Part shown: positions 11,558-23,970 of the stretch, in pieces
Numbering within the stretch: the first letter of the stretch is position 1
How the letters are laid out: every line of letters begins with the position of its first letter
Origin: Williopsis jadinii
Lineage: Eukaryota
Length of the DNA: 64,000 nt
Assembly: GCA_024346625.1 (NCBI GenBank)
Contig: AP024666.1
Location: 1,054,001 to 1,118,000 of the forward strand
Direction of reading: 5' to 3'
Notes under the pieces: model-generated
Databases searched by the model: none
Seen by the model: the letters and a program-made list of their open reading frames with translations, nothing else
Told to the model about the DNA's origin: nothing
Translations under genes and position numbers: made by a program

Positions 11558-12775
11558 TTAGATGTTTTGATGAAACATTGATAGCAGGAACTGGTCATTT
11601 GCATCAACGCCCATGGCCTTGTCCAGGTTTTCTAACTCCTCTAAGGTATAGTTGGAGTTTGAAGCACTAAGCAAGTACATCAAAGAATCTGCATCCTCCT
11701 CTATTTGAATATCAGTATTGATGTTCAAAGTATTGTCCTTCATCAACTTCGATGAAGAAGGTGATGGCGTTGGTTGATCAATGAATTCTTCTGTGGTACT
11801 CTGAATTGTGGATTCCAGTGCCTCAGGTGGGATATCGTCATAAACGGTCTTGAAGAGGTCTTCACTGGTAATCATATTTGAAACCTTAGACTCGATGTCC
11901 ATTTCAAAGAGTCTCTCAGCTTCAAATTGGTTGATGGTAGGATTGTTCGAGAAGCCAAAATCAAACTCACTGTCGTCTATTTCGAGTGAATTCTTGCGTG
12001 GAAGAGTTATAACACCTGGTGCAATCAGTGGCAACGCATTATCCATATCAAATGCAAGATGATGAATCTGTTGTTGCTGCTCGATATACTTCAAATCACT
12101 GAGATCTTCAGGTAGTTGAAGCGGGTCGAGCGGATCCACTATATGGGATAGAGGGGATTCGTACGTTTGTCTTTGCTTCTTTGTGAATCTATCGAACTCC
12201 ATGGAATCCATTTCCGAGGCCGGTGTCAATGTGGAGGCAGGGCTCCCATATATTGACATCATTGGTGAAGTCGTGGATGCTGGAGTGTAAGCAGAAGTCC
12301 AGCTTCTTTTAGTTGTTGAGCGGTTGGTCGGCGATGAATTCGCAGACACCGGACTCCCACCAAAGTTGGAACAGATATCTGGGTTGTGCTCAGGCTTGAT
12401 AATCGTTACAGACCAAATCTTTTGTTTAACTGAGTAGCTCACTCTGAGTCTAAATGGACATGACTCTTCAGGGTGGGTTCTTACTCTTTTCATTCTTCCG
12501 TTCACCAACTTGGCGGCAGATCTTGGGACAGACGACTTTCTATGGATGCTCTTACACTTGAAGACGACTTTGGAAGCGTCTGATCTCTCAATCACTAGAC
12601 ATACACCTCTAGAGTCCAGTTTCTCGTGGAGCCATGGCTTAATGTCATCTCTATTCTGGAAGTTAGGCACCGGGTGTAAAGCAGACAACAGATCGTCATT
12701 GTTTTGGATAAGGCCGACTGGTTTGGAATCCAAGTGATCATCGGTATCGGACTCGACTTTAACCGAGAAGCTCAT
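11558..12775 (-). CDS. AFT1: AFT-family (Aft1/Aft2-like) transcription factor
   Basis: AFT DNA-binding domain: FQNRDDIKPWL..LVIERSDASKVVFKCK...CPFRLRVSYSVKQKIWSVTIIKPEH, followed by an S/T-rich and acidic C-terminus. Confidence 0.85.
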   Translation of the reverse strand: MSFSVKVESDTDDHLDSKPVGLIQNNDDLLSALHPVPNFQNRDDIKPWLHEKLDSRGVCLVIERSDASKVVFKCKSIHRKSSVPRSAAKLVNGRMKRVRTHPEESCPFRLRVSYSVKQKIWSVTIIKPEHNPDICSNFGGSPVSANSSPTNRSTTKRSWTSAYTPASTTSPMMSIYGSPASTLTPASEMDSMEFDRFTKKQRQTYESPLSHIVDPLDPLQLPEDLSDLKYIEQQQQIHHLAFDMDNALPLIAPGVITLPRKNSLEIDDSEFDFGFSNNPTINQFEAERLFEMDIESKVSNMITSEDLFKTVYDDIPPEALESTIQSTTEEFIDQPTPSPSSSKLMKDNTLNINTDIQIEEDADSLMYLLSASNSNYTLEELENLDKAMGVDANDQFLLSMFHQNI

Positions 12776-15700
12776 TGTGCTTGTTGTTCGTGTTTAGTGT
12801 GTGCTTGTGGGGGTGACAGAAAAGAGTGAAAAGCGACAGCACACAGTGTACCAGTGGTTCAATTAGTTAACTTTGGCAACACTTGAACAAAAGACCAAGA
12901 AATAGAACTCAAAGTTGGGAATCAAGAGCAGTTCAAGTCGACAAGTTGGGGAGCTAAGCGGAGGTTATTTGTCCCCCAAGTAAAGAATGAAATTTTGAGC
13001 AAAATGGTCTTTTTTATAAAATTGGGAAACCTGTTCAAACAAGAAGGAGAATCGGGACCACTGCGGTTTTTACATTTGGTGCTGTTTGGGACATATGCAC
13101 CTCACCTGCAGGAAGGAGAGAAAAATTTTTATCTTTCCCATCAGCTCTGGGACAAATGTTGTTGTCCGGTTATGGTTTAGAGGTTGTAAGGGAGTCAACA
13201 ATGATGACAAACAGGAGAGAACCGTGTAAGGGAAGACACTAGGATGCTGTAGATAGTATTTTTTCACGCTTATTAGATGCTGTGATTGTTGGATGCTACG
13301 CTTTCGTGCTATTCACCTTGTGATTCTTGGTGGGGGCGGGCTCTTCTACATTTGTCCGGTGGGTGTGGTGCGTACCTCTCCACTGATCGAATTGATTAGA
13401 TCCCCTAGATAAATTTCCGGACAAAGGAAACACCAGCGCAAAACAGAAAAGCTTTGGGGAGCTTTTCTGTGCTCTGCTTTGGTTGAGGAGGAATGGATAC
13501 CAAATATCAATCGCCGCGTGTCTCTCGGACAACATGGTTCGAAGGCTACATCGAAATCTTTTGTTCCAATACCCCGAACCATGGACGGTTGGTGCGCAAG
13601 GGTTTCCAATATTTATCTCTACGATCTTCAGTTAGGTAGTAGCTAGTACAACAGCTCCTTGCTCGTCAACCTGGGCAATTACTTGTCTCGATTCTTACGG
13701 ATCAAAAGAAGGGAATCCCGAGGCTCTTGAAATGGAGTCTAAGCTTATGCTGCTATATGTCTGAGCGTTCCCTTGTAGCGCGTAGAGTTCGACTCCAGGT
13801 TTCCATGGACAGAAAAAAAAACATCCAATCAAACGACGCCTCCTCTAGGAGTTGCAAGCCGTTTGTCCCGGACAGAACACAAGTAGCATCCAAAAACCTG
13901 AATTTATGAGACAAAACTTTAAAATACGCAGACTGATGAATTTGATAAATTCTGGGCATAATGGACAAAAAGTGTCAAGGGAGAAAATTTCTTCTTCTCT
14001 GTTGTCGGTGATCATCCGTTTCGGGTACATCCTCAGCTGAGAGAAAGAGTCGGAAGCTAACATGTTGAAGCATCATGACTCAGGACGTATCTGTGGTGCG
14101 TGTTGCAGTTGTACAATTGCAGAATGAACTCACCAATAGCAGAAATAAGCTCTTGATGTACCCAACTGCAACTGTAATTCAGTGGCAGTTCACGTTGTCT
14201 TGTTTGTTAATGTAATAGTGTTTTCTAAACGGTTCAAAGCGGTTGTTGTGGTCACAACAGAAGAGAGTCATAAGGACCTTGAGAATATGCATTACTCGAA
14301 GCCATACATCTTGTACATAACCAACGTTGTTTGTTCAACTTTAGTTCAGGTGAGGCTATCAACGTGTTGACTCAAAAGTCGAAAGTCGGGAGTACAGAGA
14401 AATGTGGGATTTGTCCCCAAATTCCCAAAACGATGATATGGAAGGTGGGCAGCCGAGCATAAGTTGTAATTTGATACTCAGATGTGGTTTGACACAGGGT
14501 GGAGGCGTCTTAGACTTGGATATCCTTTCGAAGTACCAATTAACAGGAAAAGAAAACAAGCTTTTGAATCAATGATACGGTACATTGGTAGGATACCAAG
14601 GAGTTTAACTAATGATACCTCTCCAGGCAAAAGATTTTAACCGCGAGAAACGTCTATACTTGGAACCTTAACACTCCGAGACCCGTAACTGTATTTCCAT
14701 GAGTGACTAACCGCTTGCGCACAGCAAATGATGCCAATTATGCACGATTGGAATGTCTACCTGTCCTGTCGGTTAAATTCCGCTCAGAACTGTACTGACT
14801 CCTTGTCTCCTTTTTCTCCCTCTTTCTTTCTTCGATTTAAGTTACTGATCGTTTAGATAAAACGTTAAAGTTGGCCTCCGAGACCGGCGCGCGGCCCCCA
14901 CGGCTGGTGAAAGAAGCAGGGTAACACCTTAATGGCGGTTGATTCACCAAAAGAGGTAAAACCGTCCAGTCCATCTGGAGCGTCCGTACATTTCATTGGT
15001 TGGACAACACAAGAGTGAATGAAGCTGAATTCCTTTTGAGGACCAAAACTCTCGAGCATCGTCATCACTCATAACTGGGCTGTGAAGACTCAGAACACAT
15101 CCCTGATAGGGTAGAACTAGCTGTGTCATTATTGCTGTATTTGTGAATTATCACTACAATCACGCCAAACATCTGTGTTTTATTGCACCCATGCAACAGG
15201 ATAAGTGCTTAGAGGCCGCTAATGACACCAGCAGTGAAATTGTGATGATTAGATAGAGGCCTTGTGTCAGGTAGTGTTCGGAGAGAGGGGCATAGCCCAT
15301 GTTATCCCAATATCATGAGCTTTTGATACAGATCATAAGGTTACTAACTCGGTCCAGGCTGCTAATGCCTTGACAAACGGCGTAAACAAGTGGGTATAAG
15401 GTGGAGTCCAATTCCGTGTGCAACTGGTTGCCTGAGTGGTCTCGGGGCTTGTTGGATGGCGTGCACGGTGAGCGACATCTCGTGGGACAGACACAGTCCA
15501 TTTAAAGCCGTTTGCGTATGTTTTTATAACTTGCCTGCGTCCAGTGTTCGCAGTTTATTGACCAGGCCATATGCTTTTCTCACTATGGAAGTCAACCTTA
15601 CGTCTCGTGGAGTATCTCCAAACTTCAGATGGTGATCGGCTTCGGTACCGAGCTCAGCTATCATGATCACACAGATGGTGTTGTCGACGACGTGATCAAA

Positions 15701-16245
15701 GAGTGCGACTGAAGACCTCTCTCATATGAGCTCCAAGAAATGCCACTTCAGGGAACAAAGCAATGCTTTAACGGTTTAATCACATCGTCATGTATATAAA
15801 TGGTGACACGCTTTTAATACATAGTACAGAGACACCGCGCTCTCCATCCGCCGCTTGTGTCTTACAACCCCTCCTCCCCACCATCCTTCTGTCCCTCATA
15901 GTCCATCCACATCAGCGTAATCAACCATTCTAACCCGTCTCCCCCCCCATATTGACGAGAAAAGACCTAAGATCAACAAGCCAATAGGAAGGGTCTACCC
16001 ACACTTGCCGCTGGTGTTTACCAACTCCTCCAAACGACACCATAGGAGAGACCGCCGCCGGCGGCAAAGAGAAAGAACGCGGTTTGGCGTGTTTTTGCGC
16101 TTTGTATGCACATGTAACGCCAACGGCGTGTCGCGGTCAAACTTTTCGTCCTCGGTTTGCTCTTTTGGGCACTTCTTCATTAAAAACTCGATGCATATCG
16201 CGAGGGAAACCACAACAACGACGCTGAAAATCAAAACAAAGCAAA

Positions 16246-16251
16246 ACGCGT
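16246..16251. promoter_or_regulatory. MCB element (ACGCGT) upstream of the SPT21/ams2-like gene
   Basis: Exact ACGCGT about 190 bp upstream of the ATG, with further CGCG cores at 16078-16202. Consistent with the known G1/S expression of SPT21 and ams2. Confidence 0.5.
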
Positions 16252-16439
16252 TCAGAATTTGGCCAAACAAGCAGGGAAAAAACACAACCGTGAAAGATGA
16301 AACTGGGACCAACCAGGGAAAAAAAGACACAGATACCCAAAACCAATTGAAGGAAACACACATCGCAGCGGTTAACCAGGGCGGGTAGAAACATCACTTC
16401 CATCACCACTCATCCACTTGACCCAACAACCTATGAACC

Positions 16440-18656
16440 ATGCGTGCCAGTCATATGCCCTCGTTGCCAGAGATGCCCATGGAGCACCACAATAGCGGCC
16501 CAGATAGTAAACAAATGAAGCGTACGTTGTTTACTTTCCTTCCTCTCTCTCTCGACCCATGCCATGTACTAACACTGTGATATATAGTCAAGGTGCTGTA
16601 TGCCCTGGAGGATCATACGAACTTCCTTGCGAGGTCCAACAACCTCGTCGACGTGAAAACCGCTAGAATCCCAATACCTGGCCAGTCAAGTATCATGACT
16701 CTGGGAGTGGTTGCTATGAGACACGTCATGGCGCCTGTGATGCAGTCGAGTCCTGAGTTGTTCTCGGACCCCATGGTGGACTACTCGGTCTACGTAAAGG
16801 ACATTACGGAGGAGGATGAGCCATTTGTTGGACAAGGTTTGGTGTCGTCCATTCTCAGCAACAACAGCAATACCAGCAACACGTTCCAGGAGGAGATCTT
16901 AGTGCCAGGCAGGGTTTGTTCCAATTTCGCTTCTCTGCTGAACAAAGGGTCTGTGGAGACTTTGGAAATTAGGCTCAGATTAGCAAAAGTGACAAGACAC
17001 GAGCCTCAACAGCAACAACCTCAACAGCGACAGCAGCAATCACATCCGCAATCACAAACACAACAACCACTGCAACCTCCATCACAAGGCTCACGACAAC
17101 AGCAAAGGACTACAAACTACAGCCGTCACTCTTCAATATCGCAACCGAAGATCACTGGAAAGAGGACTATTGAGGAGGTGAATGAAACTAATGACGATTT
17201 CCAATTTGCAGAACCCAAACCAATCCAACAGAAGAATCAAGTCCAAGCAAGATATGTCAATACAGCACCGGCGCCAAAGGCCGCCAGAACACAATCTTTA
17301 CCGACTTTTGATGCGGTCTTAAACCCACCTCCTTTGATGTCAAGGTTCCCACCTCAGTCCATTGCTCGTCGGATCTATTTGGCTGACAAGAATAACGTTA
17401 GGCAACAGCAACAGTATGCGCTGTCAACGTCAACTTTCAACCCTTATGAGCAGGGCACTAATAATAATTATCAACAAGACGCTGTCACCGATGTGTCGAA
17501 AAGATTTGCTCCTGACTTCATTGCCAAGATCCCCGATGGGAAGAAAGGTCAAGGTTCGAAAAGAACGAGTGCAAAGAGAAAGCAACAACAGGCTTCAAAT
17601 GCCCAGAGCAACACGAGGTCCTCAACAGTGACCTCTTCTTCACCGATGACTGTGGAGGAGACCGTTCATAAACCTCCTATCTGTTTCCACTGTAAGAATG
17701 TCGATTCTAAGAACTGGAGATGGAACGAAGCTGACGATGAATCTCAGAGGGGTTTATTGTGCAATCAGTGCTATCAATATTTGAAATCCAATGGGGTCAT
17801 GAGACCACAACGGTTAATTACGAAGCAGAATCAGATGAAACAGAAGAAAAAGGATAAACAGCAGACAAGTTCTTCTCCAAATTCTTCAGGTAACGATACG
17901 ATCACTTCAACCACACCACTTGACCCAGCATCAAAACCGAAGGAGCATCCTTCACAGTACTATTCTTCGGATCCTATCACCTCAGTTGACGATATGGTTA
18001 GCGATTTGGATTTCCATTTTGGGCCAATGACCGATATAGACCCACTGCCTGTACCGGATAACGTTGGGGACGAAGGTGATAAGGAGAACGTTCCTCCAAG
18101 AAGAGCCGTTCAGAGATCTTGTGAAGCTATCCCTGTTGGTAAGGCTTCGAGACAAAGTTCATTTGAGAAGATGCTTGCGAAATCGTTCAGTGGTGTTCCG
18201 CCTCCAATGTCACACTCTCCAAGTGAATGGATAACGGACCTATTCAACCAAGAAGGCACAGGACCAACCCCAAAGGATTTCGACAACAACCTGACACCTG
18301 CGGATTTCGACCATACACCAAGAGATATGACTACGTGTAATACGCTTCCTTGTAACGAGGAATCTCCAGAGGCTGATATCAAGCAATCTGCATCGCAACC
18401 ACAACGAAGACAGAGCCTATCTCAGAAGGGCAAGGTCACTGTAATGCCATCTTCACCCTTGCTTCTTGTCGAGGAGGACGATCTACCGGACAACGGCTCC
18501 TCATCCACGCACTTGACAGCGTCCAACGCCAATCTGATGACCAGTGATTGGCCCGAGACCGATGACACAAGGCTCGGGGACGTTGTCGATGCGCTGCCTC
18601 CAAAGGCCCAATTCACCCATAACCCCCAACTGGGGAACGAGTTCAGGCAAAGCTAA
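16440..18656 (+). CDS. SPT21: Spt21/Ams2-like histone-gene regulator with GATA-type zinc finger; two exons (16440-16521, 16588-18656)
   Basis: Intron 16522-16587: GTACGT donor, TACTAAC at 16567-16573, TAG acceptor. Splicing gives QMKLKVLYALED..FLARS...SPELF...DYSVYVKDITEEDEPFVGQGLVS...VPGRVCSNFASLL..ETLEIRLR, the Spt21/Ams2 N-terminal domain. The true ATG could be a later in-frame one in exon 1. Confidence 0.85.
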
Positions 18657-19012
18657 GCGCATGTGTATATCGACCTCGTGTACCACTACTGTTTTATACA
18701 ATTAGAACCCGCCATATTTGCATTCAATGACCTTTCCGTAGCGTAGACCTCACACTACAACCCAACCAGCGGCTTACGTAAGCACCCGTACCTATCGGCG
18801 TTTTCGCTCACACCGCCGGTGTTTCCGCCCGCTTCCTCGTCGCCTGTACAGCGGCACCGCTGCTTCTGCGCACCTTTTTCCCAACAGCCACTGTCTTCTC
18901 CTCCGCCCCTGGCCTTCCCTGGCCTTCCGTTCTCTTCCCTCAACAAAAGTGAATGCTTAGGAAGTTCCATCTATCACCAGGCAACCACAGTTCTACTACT
19001 AGACACAGCACT

Positions 19013-19537
19013 ATGGAGCAAGACAGACTTTTCAGATTCCAGGCGTTCAAGTTGCCCAACTCGCTCGCGTTGAGGTCCTGTGGTGTGTATCTCTCTGGTG
19101 CGCTGTATGCGCTAGGGGTATGGGCCTTCCTCGATGCTGTGATCTATTCCAAGACGGTCAACGCCAGCGACGTCCACGTGACGTTTGTGGACTGGATACC
19201 AATCATCTGCTCGACTCTTGGGATGCTGATTGTGAACTCGATAGAGAAGAACAGGTTGTTGAACGATGCGCTTGGGAATGGTGGGTTTGGCGGCAGCTCC
19301 ACAACGACATGGGCGGCAAGGGTCATCCTGTTCCTGGGCTTCTCGCTGTTGGCTGGCGGTGTTGCAGGGTCCATCGTGGTTCTGATCTTGAAGTTCTTGA
19401 TGAAGCACTATTCGTTCCCAACGTTGGGAATGGGCGTGTCGAACGTTGTTGCCAATGGCGCCATCATGCTCAGCTGCATCGTTTTGTGGGTTGCGCAGAA
19501 CATTGAGGATGAGTACTCGTACTCCCTGGCCCTATAG
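19013..19537 (+). CDS. VPS68: Vacuolar protein sorting protein 68
   Basis: From MEQDRLFRF: GVYLSGALYALG, HVTFVDWIPIICSTLGMLIVNSIEK, four TM helices, C-terminal AQNIEDEYSYSLAL. Confidence 0.95.
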   Translation: MEQDRLFRFQAFKLPNSLALRSCGVYLSGALYALGVWAFLDAVIYSKTVNASDVHVTFVDWIPIICSTLGMLIVNSIEKNRLLNDALGNGGFGGSSTTTWAARVILFLGFSLLAGGVAGSIVVLILKFLMKHYSFPTLGMGVSNVVANGAIMLSCIVLWVAQNIEDEYSYSLAL

Positions 19538-19779
19538 TTAGTTTCTATTCTACAACTTGACGATCTAATGAAGTGAAAACAGGCACCCTGTTTCGGTGTT
19601 GCGAAGCGAGGTTTATCCGTAGCGCCGACTCGGCGTTCTGCTGTGAGTGTACGTTCTTTCTACGTTGATGTTGTCGGTGTCGATGGTGTTTCATTAGGAT
19701 TTAATTAAAGTGTATTGCCTAAAACCGATGCCGTTGAAATTATTAGGGAATAATTAGAGCGTTGGGGTCTCTTGAAGCG

Positions 19780-20910
19780 TCATACCTGTTGAGCTTCAAC
19801 TCCAGGTTGAGCATTTGTTACTGCTGGACCTCCAACTTGTGGTAATAAAGAACCTATGACGTCCAACTCGAAATGGCTAAAGTTGAACAATTTTGGCAAT
19901 GGCACCGGTCCTGTAGCACCTCTTGGAACAAATTGGTTATCAATTCTTAGATCGTCAAAGAACGGGTGTGCCATAATACGTCTTGGACTCAATCTCTTTT
20001 GAGGCTCGTACACCAAGACATTCATCAGTAGATTCACACCATCCTCACCAGCGTGTCCTAGAAGTTTGTGGAATCTTGCCGAAGGTCTCCCGTTAAACAA
20101 CTGTTTGGAAAAGAGAGGTCCATCGTACTTAGGATTGGAGTTGAAGATGAACTTCTTATCAGGAGGACCCAACAGCTTAGATATCTCTCTTAGCTGCAAT
20201 TGAGAATCCTCGCCTTGGAATAGAGCAATACCTATCAACATCTCTGCAAGACAGCATCCCAACCCCCAGATATCAATCTGAGTGGAGTAGTATTGGCACC
20301 CAACTATGAGCTCTGGGGCTCTGTAGTAACGTGAGCAGATGTAGGCAACAGAAGGTTTTCTAGGTTCTAATCTCTTTGCTGAGCCAAAGTCACAAATCTT
20401 CAAGATACCCTTAGAAGGATCCACTAGAACGTTCGAAGGCTTCACATCTCTATGGCATATCCCCAAGGCATGGAGATATAGCATACCTCTGGCCAACTGG
20501 TACGTGTAGAGCTTGATGTGTTTCAAGGGCAATTCCAACTTGCTCGAATAGTAGTAACGGATTTCAGTCTGTAGGGTTTCAGGGAGACACTCCATCGCCA
20601 AATGTAGATACACCTGATTGTCTTCTGGGCCCTTATGCGTAAAGAAGTACTCCAGGGCAATGATGTTGGGATGGTTTGTCAATCTCAATATCTCCAACTC
20701 TCGGCTCTTGTACTCTGTTTGCGCAGGCACCTTTTTAATGGCAAATGGGCCTAACCAGCCATCGTTGTCCAACAACTTGGCCTGGGTGACAACACCAAAG
20801 GCACCCTTGCCGATCTTCTTGTAGTGTTTCACGAGCATCGGTTTGCTCACTTGCGTCTTGATCGACGTGACATCATTGGCCATGAACTCAGTAGCATTCG
20901 ACGACGACAT
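19780..20910 (-). CDS. MCK1: GSK-3 family kinase (Mck1/Ygk3)
   Basis: IGKGAFG, AIKKVPAQTEYKSRELEILR, HRDVKPSN, DFGSAK, YICSRYYRAPEL. Probable ATG at 20910. Lies between VPS68 and MRPS18/RPL25, matching the YGK3/MCK1 loci. Confidence 0.93.
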   Translation of the reverse strand: MSSSNATEFMANDVTSIKTQVSKPMLVKHYKKIGKGAFGVVTQAKLLDNDGWLGPFAIKKVPAQTEYKSRELEILRLTNHPNIIALEYFFTHKGPEDNQVYLHLAMECLPETLQTEIRYYYSSKLELPLKHIKLYTYQLARGMLYLHALGICHRDVKPSNVLVDPSKGILKICDFGSAKRLEPRKPSVAYICSRYYRAPELIVGCQYYSTQIDIWGLGCCLAEMLIGIALFQGEDSQLQLREISKLLGPPDKKFIFNSNPKYDGPLFSKQLFNGRPSARFHKLLGHAGEDGVNLLMNVLVYEPQKRLSPRRIMAHPFFDDLRIDNQFVPRGATGPVPLPKLFNFSHFELDVIGSLLPQVGGPAVTNAQPGVEAQQV

Positions 20911-21374
20911 CACGGCACGACACTCTCCCCTTATGATCTTAGTCTGTGTTGATCTCTGTTTCTCTGTGCGCGTGGTTTGCTCGCCTTTGTGCGCTGTATA
21001 CGGTGTATAAAAGTGGCGTTTATAATAAGACGTTCGTGTGTGGATTGTGTGTTTAATTATAGACGGGCTATCAGCACACAATCAGCTCCTAAACGGATTT
21101 TTACACAGCTTCCAATAGAAAACCAGTTCGTAATAACGGACCCAAGAACAAAACCAATTGGAGTCGAAGAAAAGAGGCAAATATCTCCGTGTGTTCACCT
21201 CCCAGCTGAGCAGTAATGGGTTCCCAATTGGATTGAAAGAACAAGTTGTTTGTGCCTTTGAAGTTGAGTTCACAACGCTGGATGTTGCGAGCCCCCTTCA
21301 AAAATTTCGTTGTCCTTTGTGGGTTTTTCCGGCAAAAATCCCTGCCCCTTTGGGACATTTCCTCGTTTTGCTCG

Positions 21375-21408
21375 CTTTTGGGACTTTTGGGACTTTTGGG
21401 ACTTTGGA
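21375..21408. repeat. 9-bp tandem repeat (cttttggga, about 3.7 copies) in the MCK1-MRPS18 divergent promoter
   Basis: Reads cttttggga cttttggga cttttggga ctttgga. Confidence 0.8.
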
Positions 21409-21607
21409 CAAAAAATTTTGAGGAATTAACGCAACTGGTGGGGATCGAACAGGCAACGGTGTGTGAGGGTTACCCTACTGGGTCCAAGTGTGTGCGTCGA
21501 TCTTGGAAACTTTGCAACGAGTCGAGAAGGTGAAGAGGAGCTCTGAGAGAGATCTATGGAGACATTGGAAAGCGCATAATAGGCATCTATAAAGGCAAAG
21601 CAACGCA

Positions 21608-22314
21608 ATGTTCCCTAGAGTATTTTCAAGAAGGGTGTTTACCACAAGGCTGACAGGATCTTTAACAAGATGTGAGTGTGTCTGCTGCAAGCTTGAATGG
21701 TTGTGGAGTTACTAACATCTGGTGCAATAGCTTCTTCACCATTCTCAACCTATAGACCTCTGTTCCAGGAGAAGACCTTGACATTCGACGATGTGTCGTC
21801 TCAAAAGACTCTGACCAATGTCCATGCACCACAGTCTAGCTCCAGTGCGCCATCCTACAGATCCTCAGAGTTCATACACAAGTACATCTTGTACTGTAAT
21901 TTCACAAAGAACAACACTCATTTCACACTCAGTGCCGTTGTGGAGGATTTGGACTTTGAGAAGAAGAACCCTCAACTCTCATTCAACGAGAAAGTCCTAT
22001 ACTACCATCGTTTACCACAAAAGGTGAAAGTTGCCATCTCAACGGGTCAATTGGGTTTCAGAAAGTCCGCCAGAGGTGAATACGAAGCAGGTTTCCAGAC
22101 CGCTGCAAAGATGTTCAGTATCATGGAGGAGAGAAATTTCCTCGACAAGGACCTGGAAATCGTAATGAAGAACTTTGGTAAAGGTCGTGGTGCATTCGAA
22201 GACGCTTTAAAGGGTAAAGAAGGTAACAGAGTTAGAGGTAAAGTTGTCAGACTGAGTGATAACACCAAGCTCAAGTTTGGTGGTACTAAATCTCCAAGAG
22301 TTCGTCGTTTGTAG
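21608..22314 (+). CDS. MRPS18: Mitochondrial small ribosomal subunit protein uS11m; two exons (21608-21671, 21731-22314)
   Basis: Intron 21672-21730: GTGAGT, TACTAAC at 21710-21716, TAG. Exon 1 encodes an Arg-rich presequence ([21 protein letters not shown]) in frame with exon 2. S11 motifs [39 protein letters not shown]. Confidence 0.93.
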
Positions 22315-22858
22315 TTGAATTTGACATTCCTGTATATATATCTACATCTATATCTATCTCTCCATATGATATGATAACATAAAAGCAGTGCTATACTGTA
22401 TATACATGTACACCATTACTGTTCATTATGTAGGAATATGACCTCTTAACAGGTGGTTTTGAAATTCAGCAGCCCTATATCCACATATGTCACGTGATTC
22501 AACAAAGCCCTAATTTTCCCTGTCATTAAGAGATGTGCGGGTGTTCATATCCAAAAACTGCTCTTGAACATCTCCAGTGCGTGTGAGTACCAGCTCTTGC
22601 TTAAAGTCCAGCGCGGTTGTCGGTTTCTCTCTGTGCTTTCGGGATTGCAGCGTGCGCGCCTAGGCAGAGATTTCAAAAGTTCCCGCTGCGGAAGAACAAA
22701 CGCAGACAACGCAGAAGGAAAAAAAACGACACAAGTGACTGCGAAAATTTTGCCTGAATCTCCCCAGCAGTGGAAAATCAAAGCTGAAAATTAACAAAAA
22801 CACATCTCTTCAACGTACAGAATAAAGACCTTCAGCTTACATCAACATAGAAAACAAA

Positions 22859-23676
22859 ATGGCTCCATCCAGTGAGTAATAACGTGAACGGAACGAGATG
22901 TGGATATGTGCGAGTGAGGGAGATGGGGAGATACGATATCTCTGTAGATGAGTGGGAATCACACTGAATGTAAAGACCTATTTCAAGAGACCAGAGGAAC
23001 CACAGAGAAGTTTTAAATTAATGATGGCTCGAACAAGAGCTCAGTGATGGAAGATGTTTGTAATTCAAAGAGACCACGTATGGCCATATTGTTTCCCATG
23101 GAGTAATAGTCACTTTCAGTATGAGCAACATGGCAACCAAAATGAAGTCTTCCGTTGAAACTATACATTGCACCAACAACAAATCTTCACTCTATGTACA
23201 CCTACACATACTCTATCCAAACAAGCACCCCCGAGATGATATGTACTAACAATATTATAGCTAAAGCTGCTTCTGCTAAGAAGGCTGTTGTCAAGGGTTC
23301 TAACGGTTCCAAGGCCTTGAAGGTGCGTACCTCCACCACCTTCCGTCTTCCAAAGACTTTGAAGCTTACCCGTGCTCCAAAGTACGCTCGTAAGGCTGTT
23401 CCACACTACCAAAGATTGGACAACTACAAGGTCATTGTTGCCCCAATTGCCTCTGAAACCGCTATGAAGAAGGTTGAGGATGGTAACACCCTTGTTTTCC
23501 AAGTTGACATCAAGGCCAACAAGCACCAAATCAAGCAAGCCGTCAAGGATCTTTACGAGGTTGACGTTTTGGCTGTTAACACTTTGATCAGACCAAACGG
23601 TACCAAGAAGGCTTACGTCAGATTGACCGCTGACCACGATGCTTTGGATATCGCTAACAAGATTGGTTACATTTGA
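22859..23676 (+). CDS. RPL25: 60S ribosomal protein L25 (uL23); two exons (22859-22871, 23261-23676)
   Basis: Intron 22872-23260: GTGAGT, TACTAAC at 23244-23250, TAG. Spliced product [17 protein letters not shown]...[28 protein letters not shown]. Confidence 0.97.
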
Positions 23677-23970
23677 ATAATGGGATTTGTATAAGCTTTA
23701 AAAAAAATCATGAATGTTTTTAATCGGTTAACGAAATTGGAGAGAAAAGGAAACACTATACTACGTAGACCTTCTGTAAAGCATAACATCACTACAAATG
23801 GTTTGATATAAAGATTGTATTAGTCTATAACCAGAGAAGAATAAATATCAAAATCAACAAACCGGTGGCTGGTATTGTGTATAATGTACAAGATACTGGC
23901 ATGAAGTTGTCATTAAGTGGAAGTTCATAAATAATTGGGTGTAAAATGGGGGTTGTTTTCGTCGTCTGTT

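Noticed and set aside
12776..16439. Short ORFs in the long AFT-SPT21 intergenic region
   Set aside because: All are 60-130 aa, overlap on both strands, and show no motifs or codon bias; they are treated as non-coding regulatory DNA.
23155..23260. ORF-track N-terminal extensions of RPL25 (also MRPS18, CET1, VPS68, MCK1, the Zn2Cys6 gene, PMP22 and the thioredoxin)
   Set aside because: They come from intron sequence, non-ATG starts or (VPS68, MRPS18) an ATG outside the conserved region. Spliced or downstream ATG starts match the conserved proteins.
22872..23260. Intronic snoRNA in the RPL25 intron
   Set aside because: I found no convincing RUGAUGA/CUGA box pair with a terminal stem; an Rfam scan would be needed.
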